Positions 25,147-33,658 of a stretch of DNA of 64,000 bases are shown one piece after another (position 1 is the stretch's first letter; each line of letters starts with the position of its first letter). Origin of the DNA: an uncultured Clostridia bacterium (GTDB lineage: Bacteria; Bacillota; Clostridia; Christensenellales; UBA1242); NCBI GenBank assembly GCA_934747805.1, contig CAKVHC010000005.1:668-64667 (forward strand), written 5' to 3'. A model generated the notes under the pieces. The model saw nothing but the letters and a program-made list of their open reading frames with translations. It made no database searches and had not been told where the DNA came from. The translations under genes were made by a program, and so were the position numbers.

Positions 25147-25989
25147 TTAACTCCTTACATAGTCCAGTGCGATTTGTGGCACTTGTTTGTTCTGTTCGAA
25201 AATTTCTTTTAGATATTCTTCACCAATTGGATGTGGCAATTCTTCTCGTCCCACTTCAAATGTGTAGGCAGGTATTTGCAACTCACGTATGCACCAGTCC
25301 TTATATCCGCCAGTGCTGTTTTGAGTGAGGATGAGTTCATATCCCGTCGAGTTTGCGAATTGTTCGCCTAATGCACGGTCACGTGCCAAGTCTGTTTCGC
25401 TTTCGCCGTTGAAACAATAATAAATAACTTCGCCTTTTGAGTGGTAACTTATAGACAATTTAATTCTATTCTTTTTTGTGAAATTTGTCAAAACTCTCAC
25501 TTCACGTTCGCTTTCGGCATAAAAGCCTACAAAGTCTTCACTTGCCGGGCAAAACACGTTTTGTGTTCCCTGTCCCCAATCGGCATTAAAATTGGTGTTT
25601 AGGTCGACGGCGTTGGCGTTGGCTTTCCATTGTGAAAAATCTGTGCCACCGTTGATCGTGCTTAGATAATCTTGAGTGGTGGCACAAGGCAGACTATCCA
25701 GTCCGTCCAACACTAATGCCAGCCCATCTGGATTTGTGCAAAAAATGAAATATATTCCACCAGTAGTTGCCGGGGTGTTGGCATACTGTTTGGCTAATTC
25801 AATCACCAACAAACTTGAAATATATTCTCGTGAGTGAATTCCGCCCTGTATTATTATCTGTGGTCCACTAAACGAACCAACGTGTGTGCCATATATAGGA
25901 CGATTTAATGTCGATTGTCCAATGGTGAATATTTCCAGCCCATAATTTTGCAATTCAAAAATGCGATTATTAAATTCATTAAAAGTCAT
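25147..25989 (-). CDS. M14-family zinc carboxypeptidase (gamma-D-glutamyl-meso-diaminopimelate peptidase-like)
   Basis: GGIHSREY (HxxE zinc motif), NPDG, and a conserved H in LSISYHSKGEVIYY. Confidence 0.7.
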   Translation of the reverse strand: MTFNEFNNRIFELQNYGLEIFTIGQSTLNRPIYGTHVGSFSGPQIIIQGGIHSREYISSLLVIELAKQYANTPATTGGIYFIFCTNPDGLALVLDGLDSLPCATTQDYLSTINGGTDFSQWKANANAVDLNTNFNADWGQGTQNVFCPASEDFVGFYAESEREVRVLTNFTKKNRIKLSISYHSKGEVIYYCFNGESETDLARDRALGEQFANSTGYELILTQNSTGGYKDWCIRELQIPAYTFEVGREELPHPIGEEYLKEIFEQNKQVPQIALDYVRS

Positions 25990-26127
25990 AAATACCTCTA
26001 ATAAATTTATGCAAAAAATAAAATGCTTGTGAAAAACTTTGAAAATATATAAATTTACGTAAAAATTTAATTATTTTATATAAATTTTACGTTTTTCATA
26101 TTATTTCTAGTTTGTGGTTTATATAAA

Positions 26128-26155
26128 ACAAAAAGAGCAAAATTTTGCTCTTTTT
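26128..26155. terminator. bidirectional hairpin terminator downstream of the CPBP genes
   Basis: AAAAGAGCAA-AATT-TTGCTCTTTTT. Confidence 0.55.
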
Positions 26156-27212
26156 ATAAAATTCCCCATATAAATGTGAATATTGTAATTACACTTCCGA
26201 AGAATACTGCAATCCTATAAAAGATTTTATATTTCTCTGCGGTTGTGGAATATTGAGTTTTTGAGTTGAATTCAGCTATGCGTGCATACTCAAGTTCGGT
26301 GATGCGCTCAGCCATTACTCTTGGCGTTTCTATCGGCAAGTTTTTCTCTTTGAGAATTTTCGCATATGTTATAAGTTTTCGTTTGTAAGTTAATTTATAC
26401 AGTAACTTGTAGCACATGATAATACTGCCAATTAGCAACGCAAGACACATTGATATGAATAGGATAGTTAGCGTGGCTGATTGAACGCCTAATCCGTTCT
26501 GCAGCAGGCTGACGAAATCAAATGCTATATCATATTTGATTTCGAGATAAGATAGTATCACGCTAATGCAGTTGTTGACAAAGTGGATAATCATGCTTGG
26601 ATAAATGCTATCAGTGATATAAGCCACATAGCCAATTAAATAACCCAGTATTGTGGCATAAAAGAATTTCTCCACACTGAAATGCAAAAGTCCGAATAAT
26701 AATGACGAGATAAGCAGCGCTTGGCGGCTGCCCACCAATTTTTGATTTGCGCCAAACAACATGCCACGATGCACAAATTCTTCGCAGAATGCAGGCAGGG
26801 CTGCCGTGAATACAATGCTATACAGCAGCGTTGCGAATGTTGGATTGGTTGTGGAAAGTTTCGGCATAATGCTAATATTTTCATAGCCGAGATAATAGAT
26901 AATGCCGTTTGCCACACTAGACACCACACTGTTTAGCAAGAATAGCAGCACTCCCAGTCCAAATGTTAGGGCAATTACATCACCGCCAACACGTTTAAAA
27001 CCGAAGTCTTTGAATGTTTGCTTGCTTCTTTTGCTAACCAAAAGCGTGTATAGTAAAAACGTGCCGCCAAACATTACAACAATTTGAATCAGACAAGAAT
27101 ATAACCAATCTGGCATCTTGACGCCGATACTGGCAATGAAAAATATAACCGCAATCAAACTCATTACGATTAAATAAATTAAAGATGTCTTTGCAAACTT
27201 TCTATTTTCCAT
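26154..27212 (-). CDS. CPBP-family intramembrane glutamic endopeptidase (CAAX protease/Abi), paralog 2
   Basis: EEFVHRG, FGLLH, HFVNN motifs on a polytopic membrane protein. ATG 27212 overlaps the upstream TAA (TAATG). Confidence 0.75.
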   Translation of the reverse strand: MENRKFAKTSLIYLIVMSLIAVIFFIASIGVKMPDWLYSCLIQIVVMFGGTFLLYTLLVSKRSKQTFKDFGFKRVGGDVIALTFGLGVLLFLLNSVVSSVANGIIYYLGYENISIMPKLSTTNPTFATLLYSIVFTAALPAFCEEFVHRGMLFGANQKLVGSRQALLISSLLFGLLHFSVEKFFYATILGYLIGYVAYITDSIYPSMIIHFVNNCISVILSYLEIKYDIAFDFVSLLQNGLGVQSATLTILFISMCLALLIGSIIMCYKLLYKLTYKRKLITYAKILKEKNLPIETPRVMAERITELEYARIAEFNSKTQYSTTAEKYKIFYRIAVFFGSVITIFTFIWGIL

Positions 27213-28141
27213 TAAACAATTCCAGTGACGAAAATTAAAATCCAAATGGCGACCATTCCAGCAAAGCCGAGCCAAAAGCCAATTTGGTTTTGAGATTCAG
27301 TTTTGCGTGAAGTGTAGTCCATATTTAATTTATATTTTATTTTACTAAAACCTATGATACCCAAAGCAAAAACAATGCTGCAAACCACACTCAAAATGAT
27401 TTGGGTTGTGTTTGGTGTGCCAATCTCTGCGCTAGAGATATAGTTGGAAACAAGTACTAAGGCGTTGTTGAAAAAGTGTGTGAGTATACAATACCAAATG
27501 TTGCCCCATTTGTCCATAATTAGACCTAACAGAAGGCCGAACAGAATAGGATATATGAATTGATATCCAGACATGTGAAAGACGGCGAAACATAGGCTGC
27601 TCATCACGATGGCAAATGTGCGAGAATGAGTGCGTAGACAATTGAAGATTGCTCCACGGAACAAAAGTTCTTCGCAAACAGCAGGAAGCAAAGCCAAGAA
27701 GAAGAGCGAGAAAATAAGTCTGCCGATAGAATTGATTTCAAATCCTAAACCGCTAGATTGTAATGGAATGAGCGACAGTGCCCATTCTATTGTGTTGACC
27801 AATGGTGTTAAAAGATATAGACTGGCGATGCCGGACAATATGCATATAATACACACGACGGGATTAGGTCGAGAGAATAGCTGATCGCTGAAAATCGGAC
27901 GACGTGTTTTGTATAAGAATAAGAACACGCCAAAGAAAGTGCCCTGATTAATCAAATAAAGTGCAGCGATAGACCAAAAGCTAGATCTAATCGTTTCGAG
28001 CGGAATATTATATTTCTTACTAATCACTGCCAAAATGGAGTTGGCAAAAAGGAGTGCAAGCTGGCTAAACAAAAAAGCAAAAACGAAAGCAAGTATTGCT
28101 GTAGTTAAATTAGAATTTCTAATCGATTTATTTTCATTCAT
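27212..28141 (-). CDS. CPBP-family intramembrane glutamic endopeptidase, paralog 1
   Basis: CEELLFRG, FAVFH, HFFNN motifs, 309 aa, polytopic. Confidence 0.75.
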   Translation of the reverse strand: MNENKSIRNSNLTTAILAFVFAFLFSQLALLFANSILAVISKKYNIPLETIRSSFWSIAALYLINQGTFFGVFLFLYKTRRPIFSDQLFSRPNPVVCIICILSGIASLYLLTPLVNTIEWALSLIPLQSSGLGFEINSIGRLIFSLFFLALLPAVCEELLFRGAIFNCLRTHSRTFAIVMSSLCFAVFHMSGYQFIYPILFGLLLGLIMDKWGNIWYCILTHFFNNALVLVSNYISSAEIGTPNTTQIILSVVCSIVFALGIIGFSKIKYKLNMDYTSRKTESQNQIGFWLGFAGMVAIWILIFVTGIV

Positions 28142-28227
28142 ATTTCAAGTATAACATATACACAAAAATTATGCAAAAATAATTAAAAAGTTTGAAAAAT
28201 TGGCAAAAATAATAAAAATGAAGTAAT

Positions 28228-28259
28228 TTATCCACATTTTTTCAAAAAATTGTGGAAAA
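28228..28259. promoter_or_regulatory. inverted pair of DnaA-box-like 9-mers
   Basis: TTATCCACA (28228-28236, perfect consensus) and TGTGGAAAA (28251-28259, the reverse complement of TTTTCCACA, one mismatch), separated by 14 nt. Located just upstream of a candidate promoter. Confidence 0.45.
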
Positions 28260-28274
28260 AATTGCAAAAATTAT

Positions 28275-28302
28275 TTGCACCCAAAATTTATCTGTGTATA
28301 AT
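28275..28302 (+). promoter_or_regulatory. candidate sigma-A promoter of the DAC-like gene (long leader)
   Basis: TTGCAC (28275-28280), 16-nt spacer, TATAAT (28297-28302). About 175 nt lie between it and ATG 28481. Confidence 0.4.
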
Positions 28303-28480
28303 AAAATTAAATTAAGTATATTTAATATAAACTGTGCAATAAAAATTCAAAAAAATTTTTATTCGCCATTCAAATTCCACAGATAAACTTGACATCGCAA
28401 TTCAAATAAACATTCGTTTGCTTGCAAATGACTAAGTCGCTTGCAGACAAAACTTTAGACAATATTGTAAAGGGGGTATT

Positions 28481-29638
28481 ATGACTGAAATTAAATTTTT
28501 TGGCGAAGGAAGACAATCAGTCGAATCGTTTCTTGAGAAACAATACCCATCCTTAACAGGTGAAATGTGTACTCAACTTATGGACTTCATTCCCAACCTA
28601 AATCGTTACCAGGAAGAAGGCGCCAAACTTAGACCAACTTTGCTGTTTTGCCAAGACATCAACAAATGCGTGCGTGCCGTGAAAGACGGTTACAGTCTTC
28701 AAGTGTTTGAAGAAAAAGACGAGAGCACCTTCCGACTCAGAATGAAAGCTTTGGCATCCTTTTCCCGCCACGGATGGAATATTTATATCGAAACCAAGCC
28801 AGACAGTGTGCGTTACGGAATTGTCAAAGCATTGAATAGCATCAAGGATATGACTTATGAACAGCTTTTGTTTGAAGAGTCAAATCTTGTAAACACAGAC
28901 AACGAAATAGTTTTCGTCAAAGGCATGGGCGGTAGTGCGGTGAGCCTTCGTTCAATCAAGGGTGATGACCTTGTCATCGACTTCGCACTTTCAAAAACTG
29001 CCGAAGCGGGCAATCGTGAAGAGTCGCTTGACAACTTCGTTGCTGACACATTCTCAAAATTGCGTACGACCAAGAAAAAGCTCAATAGCGTCAAAACATT
29101 GTTTAAAAACATTTTCCAAAAAGCCTATCGCAGCATTGACGGTGCGATCTGCGTTGTTGTGGATAAGGATTATGTCGATAGTGGATTTTTTGCCGACGGA
29201 ATTTGGTTGGAAAAACCTATCGAGTTTAGCAAACTGTTCTTGAAGTCAGGTTCGTTCAGCGAAGCCAAACTTATGGATATGTCCAATCTGTTTATTGACA
29301 TGCTCAACTATGATGGCATCACAATCATAGACAACATTGGTCGAGTGCGAGCATACAACGTGTTTGTGGAATCGTCGAACTCAAGACTGTCCAACATTTT
29401 GGGCGGAGCACGTAAAAGAGCCGCATACACCATTCTCAACACCAAACGTAAAAAAATTGTGGGTGTATATTTCCAATCTCACGATGGCGAACTGTTCTAC
29501 AACCGAGTAAAAGCACACGATGACAAACCTAAAGTGAGAAAAGCGAAAGCCGAACCTAAACCAGTCGCTGTAAAAGTTGAAGAAGTAAAAGCACAAGAAG
29601 TGAAGCTAGAAACTGTAGAAAAAAATGAAAACGCATAA
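28481..29638 (+). CDS. hypothetical protein with a divergent DisA_N/DAC (diadenylate cyclase)-like C-terminal domain and a Lys/Glu/Val/Pro-rich tail
   Basis: AGGGGG RBS. IDGAICVVVDKD...NYDGITIIDNIGRVRAYNVFV...LGGARKRAAYT...IVGVYFQSHDGELF parallels the DAC layout GALIVI...HDGAVII...G.I.AA...GTRHRAA...VSEE.G, but DGA is DGI and RHR is RKR. Confidence 0.45.
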   Translation: MTEIKFFGEGRQSVESFLEKQYPSLTGEMCTQLMDFIPNLNRYQEEGAKLRPTLLFCQDINKCVRAVKDGYSLQVFEEKDESTFRLRMKALASFSRHGWNIYIETKPDSVRYGIVKALNSIKDMTYEQLLFEESNLVNTDNEIVFVKGMGGSAVSLRSIKGDDLVIDFALSKTAEAGNREESLDNFVADTFSKLRTTKKKLNSVKTLFKNIFQKAYRSIDGAICVVVDKDYVDSGFFADGIWLEKPIEFSKLFLKSGSFSEAKLMDMSNLFIDMLNYDGITIIDNIGRVRAYNVFVESSNSRLSNILGGARKRAAYTILNTKRKKIVGVYFQSHDGELFYNRVKAHDDKPKVRKAKAEPKPVAVKVEEVKAQEVKLETVEKNENA

Positions 29639-29664
29639 AACGTGATAAAAATTCACGTTTTTTT
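29638..29664 (+). terminator. rho-independent terminator
   Basis: AAACGTGA-TAAAAAT-TCACGTTTTTTT. Confidence 0.65.
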
Positions 29665-29722
29665 CTTGTTTACAGTTTATTTTTTTTGCCATTTGTGATA
29701 TATTTGCTATGGAGATAATTTT

Positions 29723-30241
29723 ATGAAATTGATTGTAGGACTTGGTAATATTGGTGACGAATATAAAAATACCTATCATAACATAGGTTTTGATTTTGTA
29801 GATTATTTGGCAAAAAAATATTCGTTTCCAGCTTTCAAAACGCAAAAACATAGTCTAATAAGTCGTGGCAAGATTGACTCGGTCGATGTTTTGCTGGCCA
29901 AACCTACCACATATATGAATAATTCCGGCATAGCGGTCGAAGAGCTGCGTGCGTATTACAAACTGGACAACGCAGACATTTGCATTGCACTAGACGACAT
30001 TGATTTGGATTTGGGTGCGAGCAGATTTCGTGAAGGTGGTTCGGCTGGCACGCATAACGGACTGAGAAGCATTGTGAATTACGTCGGCTCGACGCCACGC
30101 ATTCGCATAGGTGCTGGCAGGGATGAGAAAATGGATTTGGCAGACTATGTTTTATCTAAGGTCAACCCAGAAGCTCGCAATCTTATAGACAGTGCAATCG
30201 AAACATCGGAAGACAAACTCAAACAATTCTTGGACAACTAA
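29723..30241 (+). CDS. pth: peptidyl-tRNA hydrolase
   Basis: MKLIVGLGNIGDEYKNTYHNIGF, and DDIDLDLG...GSAGTHNGLRS, 172 aa. Confidence 0.9.
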   Translation: MKLIVGLGNIGDEYKNTYHNIGFDFVDYLAKKYSFPAFKTQKHSLISRGKIDSVDVLLAKPTTYMNNSGIAVEELRAYYKLDNADICIALDDIDLDLGASRFREGGSAGTHNGLRSIVNYVGSTPRIRIGAGRDEKMDLADYVLSKVNPEARNLIDSAIETSEDKLKQFLDN

Positions 30242-33200
30242 TGAAACTCAATTCTCTTATACAAAATTTAAAAACGAGCCAGTTGATATCCAATCGTTTA
30301 AATCAGAGCGATAAAATATATGTTCGTGGTGGCTCAATAGGTGAAACTGTGGCGCAACTTATTAATGTAAATCGCCCACAGGTTTGTTTTGTTGCCGATT
30401 CTGACCGTGCTGGCGAACTCACAACAGGAATGCGTCAACTAGGACGTGAGTCAGTGGCACTGTTCGATTTGACCGAGCCGTTCACCAATTTTAAGTATTC
30501 GAGCAAAAAATCCACATTTGACCTGATTTGTAAACTAGATTTTATACTGAACAACAAAAATGCCTTTGTCGCTGTTACACCAGAAATGAGCGTTTTTCCA
30601 TTGCCTAGCCGTGACGAATTCATCGACCATATCCAAACTCTCAGCGTAGGCAAGGAGTACTCACTTGACTCGCTCGCATCAACGCTCGTTGCCAACGGCT
30701 ACACACGTGTAGAGCGTGTGGAAGACGTGGCTGAGTTTAGTCTGAAAGGCGATTTGCTCGACATATTTATGGTTGGACAAGACTGCCCAACACGAATCAG
30801 TTTTTGGGGCGACGAAATTGAATCGATCCAGCAACTCGAGTTTTCCACCATGAACAAACTTGCCGATTTGCAGTCGGTTCGTATTCTGCCTGCCACGCTC
30901 GTTTATCTAAATAATGACGAACGTGAACAAATGGCGTTGAGATTGGCAAAGATAATTTCTCTGCACGACGGCGACATTTCCAACTTTATTAGTTTGGCAC
31001 GTGACGTCGAACTGGGCTCGACCAATATTGACGTGCATTTCGTCGCAATGCTTACTGACAAATGTTATCACACCATTGCTGACTATCTGCCGAACGCAGT
31101 CAGCGTTGTTTATCGTGAGTTTGCATATCTTGAACGCTTAAAGAACGTCAAAGACGTGATAAACAAACGTTCGCAGTCACTTTTTGACACGGATTTCAAG
31201 TTTGCTGCGGACAAAACGTTTGAAAAACAGATAATATTCGACCAAATTGAAGCTCAGCACGACCAAATGTTGATTCGCAGTGAAAATCTGGGTAGTTTTC
31301 TTACTCGTTTTGACGACCTTGTCAAGAAAACGCAAGAATATCTGTCTTGGCATAGGCAGGTTGTGTATTGCATCAAGACGGCGGAGACATTGAATTCTGT
31401 GGCTCAAATCTTGCGTGCTCGCAATATCAATTTTGCCATTGATGACCTTAGCGCCAAGTTTACAATCTTAAATGCGGACTTTGATTTCAACATTATATTC
31501 AATGACGAAAACGTAGTGGTTTTCGGAGCGAATAACTTTGCTTACAAACGTCAGGTCAAGCAAAAATCCGCCACTACTCCAACATATCTGCCAAAAAAAG
31601 GTGAGTATGTAGTCCACGAAGTGCATGGAATCGGCTATTGTGAAGGCGTAGAATCAATTGAAGCTTTGGGCGTTACACGAGATTATTTCAAAATTGTTTA
31701 CGAAGGCGATTCTGTTCTGTATGTTCCGTGTGAAAATTGCACATCTCTTTCATTATATATGTCAGGCGGAGCCGACAAGGTGGTTAAACTCAATAAAATA
31801 GGTGGCAAAGAGTTTGCCGCAACCACTCGCCGTGCCATGAAGTCGATTAAGGAAATGGCAAAAGAACTGATTTTGCTTTATTCCGAGCGAGCACACAACA
31901 CTCGCACACCTTATCCAAAGGACGACTATCTGTACGACCAATTCGAAGCGTCATTCAACTACGACGAAACCCCCGACCAGCAGAGTGCAATCGCTGATAT
32001 TGAACGAGATATGCACAGCACGAAGATTATGGATAGGCTAATTTGCGGTGACGTGGGCTTCGGCAAAACGGAAGTTGCATTCCGTGCCGCATTCCGTGCC
32101 GTGTTAGATAATAGGCAGGTGGCATTCCTTGCACCAACCACTGTCCTTAGTTTGCAACACTACAACTCTGCACTTGAAAGGTTCAAAGATTTCGGCATAA
32201 AGATTGAAATGCTTAATCGTTTCCGCACCAAGAAAGAGCAAGACAAAATCCTTGACGACCTAGCCACTGGCAAGATAAACATAATTTGTGGCACTCATAG
32301 GCTTTTGTCCAAAGATGTAAAATTTGACAATCTTGGGCTTCTTATACTCGACGAAGAACAGAGATTCGGCGTGACGGCGAAAGAAACTATCAAAAAAATG
32401 AAAACGAGCGTGGATGTACTGACGCTTTCTGCCACTCCAATCCCACGCACACTCAATATGGCATTGATGAAGATTCGTGATATAAGCATTCTAAACACGC
32501 CTCCAGTCAATCGAAAGAGCGTGAAGACATACGTAGTGAAATACGACCTAAACACGATTGTCGAAGCCATTTTGCGTGAACATGATAGAGGTGGACAGAT
32601 TCTGATTGTCGGCAACAAAATCGACGAACTCTACACTCTGGCTGGCGAGTTAAGACAGAACTTGCCTGAAGATATTGTCTTGGACGTGGCTCACGGACAA
32701 ATGCCATGCGGACAACTTGAAGATGCAGTTCACAAACTTTACAAACGTGAAACCGATGTGTTCCTATCCACAACTATCATTGAAAACGGCATAGATTTGC
32801 CTTACGCCAACACTATGATAGTTTTGCAAAGTCAAATTTTGGGGCTGGCGCAGATGTATCAATTGCGTGGCAGAGTGGGCAGGTCAAATACACAGGCATA
32901 CTGCTTTTTCACCTATCCGTCAGACAAAGCACTTACACGTGAAGCGAGCGAAAGGCTGGAAGCGATTGCCGAGCATACTGAACTAGGCAGCGGCATCAAA
33001 CTTGCCATGCGTGACCTTCAAATACGTGGGGCAGGCGACCTTTTGGGCAGCGAACAGAGTGGGCATATCGCCAACATTGGTTACGACATGTACATTCGCC
33101 TGCTAGAACGTGCAACCAAAGAACTTCGTGGACAAGACGTGCCAACCAAGCGTGAAATCAAACTCGACATTGCAATCAATGCAACGATTCCAAACGATTT

Positions 33201-33600
33201 CTGCATTGACGAAGTCGAAAGACTCAAAATTTACAATCAAATATTTGCCATTGACTCATTGCAAGCCCAAAAAGACGTTTTGCAAAAGCTTCGTGACGTC
33301 TATGGCGCAATTCCGTCAAGCGTGTTGCAATTGACAAACCTTGCCATCATCAAGCATTTTGGCGAGCTGTCTAATGTGAAACATATAATCATCAACTCGC
33401 ACCAATGCTCAATCGAGTATTACCCAGAACAGTTTGATGCTCAAAAAGTATTGGATAAAATAACGGATTTTGCAGGATTTAGTATTAAAAACACCAAACT
33501 GCCAACAATCAGTGTATCAACAACTAACCGCACACTTATTGACTTGCAAGCGGATATCACACGCTGGCTGGTCAATTTTGGCAAAGTTGACGTAAAATAA
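30241..33600 (+). CDS. mfd: transcription-repair coupling factor
   Basis: 1119 aa. GDVGFGKTEVA, LILDEEQRFG, QLRGRVGRS helicase motifs, a CarD-like segment (GEYVVHEVHGIG) and pth-mfd synteny. The start overlaps the pth stop (TAATG). Confidence 0.95.
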   Translation: MKLNSLIQNLKTSQLISNRLNQSDKIYVRGGSIGETVAQLINVNRPQVCFVADSDRAGELTTGMRQLGRESVALFDLTEPFTNFKYSSKKSTFDLICKLDFILNNKNAFVAVTPEMSVFPLPSRDEFIDHIQTLSVGKEYSLDSLASTLVANGYTRVERVEDVAEFSLKGDLLDIFMVGQDCPTRISFWGDEIESIQQLEFSTMNKLADLQSVRILPATLVYLNNDEREQMALRLAKIISLHDGDISNFISLARDVELGSTNIDVHFVAMLTDKCYHTIADYLPNAVSVVYREFAYLERLKNVKDVINKRSQSLFDTDFKFAADKTFEKQIIFDQIEAQHDQMLIRSENLGSFLTRFDDLVKKTQEYLSWHRQVVYCIKTAETLNSVAQILRARNINFAIDDLSAKFTILNADFDFNIIFNDENVVVFGANNFAYKRQVKQKSATTPTYLPKKGEYVVHEVHGIGYCEGVESIEALGVTRDYFKIVYEGDSVLYVPCENCTSLSLYMSGGADKVVKLNKIGGKEFAATTRRAMKSIKEMAKELILLYSERAHNTRTPYPKDDYLYDQFEASFNYDETPDQQSAIADIERDMHSTKIMDRLICGDVGFGKTEVAFRAAFRAVLDNRQVAFLAPTTVLSLQHYNSALERFKDFGIKIEMLNRFRTKKEQDKILDDLATGKINIICGTHRLLSKDVKFDNLGLLILDEEQRFGVTAKETIKKMKTSVDVLTLSATPIPRTLNMALMKIRDISILNTPPVNRKSVKTYVVKYDLNTIVEAILREHDRGGQILIVGNKIDELYTLAGELRQNLPEDIVLDVAHGQMPCGQLEDAVHKLYKRETDVFLSTTIIENGIDLPYANTMIVLQSQILGLAQMYQLRGRVGRSNTQAYCFFTYPSDKALTREASERLEAIAEHTELGSGIKLAMRDLQIRGAGDLLGSEQSGHIANIGYDMYIRLLERATKELRGQDVPTKREIKLDIAINATIPNDFCIDEVERLKIYNQIFAIDSLQAQKDVLQKLRDVYGAIPSSVLQLTNLAIIKHFGELSNVKHIIINSHQCSIEYYPEQFDAQKVLDKITDFAGFSIKNTKLPTISVSTTNRTLIDLQADITRWLVNFGKVDVK

Positions 33601-33629
33601 TTGCTTTTTTTGCGTTAATCGTTTATAAT
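33601..33629 (+). promoter_or_regulatory. candidate sigma-A promoter of the PrsA-like gene
   Basis: TTGCTT (33601-33606), 17-nt spacer, TATAAT (33624-33629). AGGAG RBS follows. Confidence 0.45.
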
Positions 33630-33658
33630 AAAACGCATAATTACTAGGAGAGATTTTA

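Noticed and set aside
28142-28480. The intergenic region with DnaA boxes was considered as the chromosomal replication origin.
   Set aside because: It has only one perfect and one near-perfect box. There are no dnaA, dnaN or rpmH neighbours and no clear cluster of four or more boxes. It is reported as a possible DnaA-regulated promoter instead.
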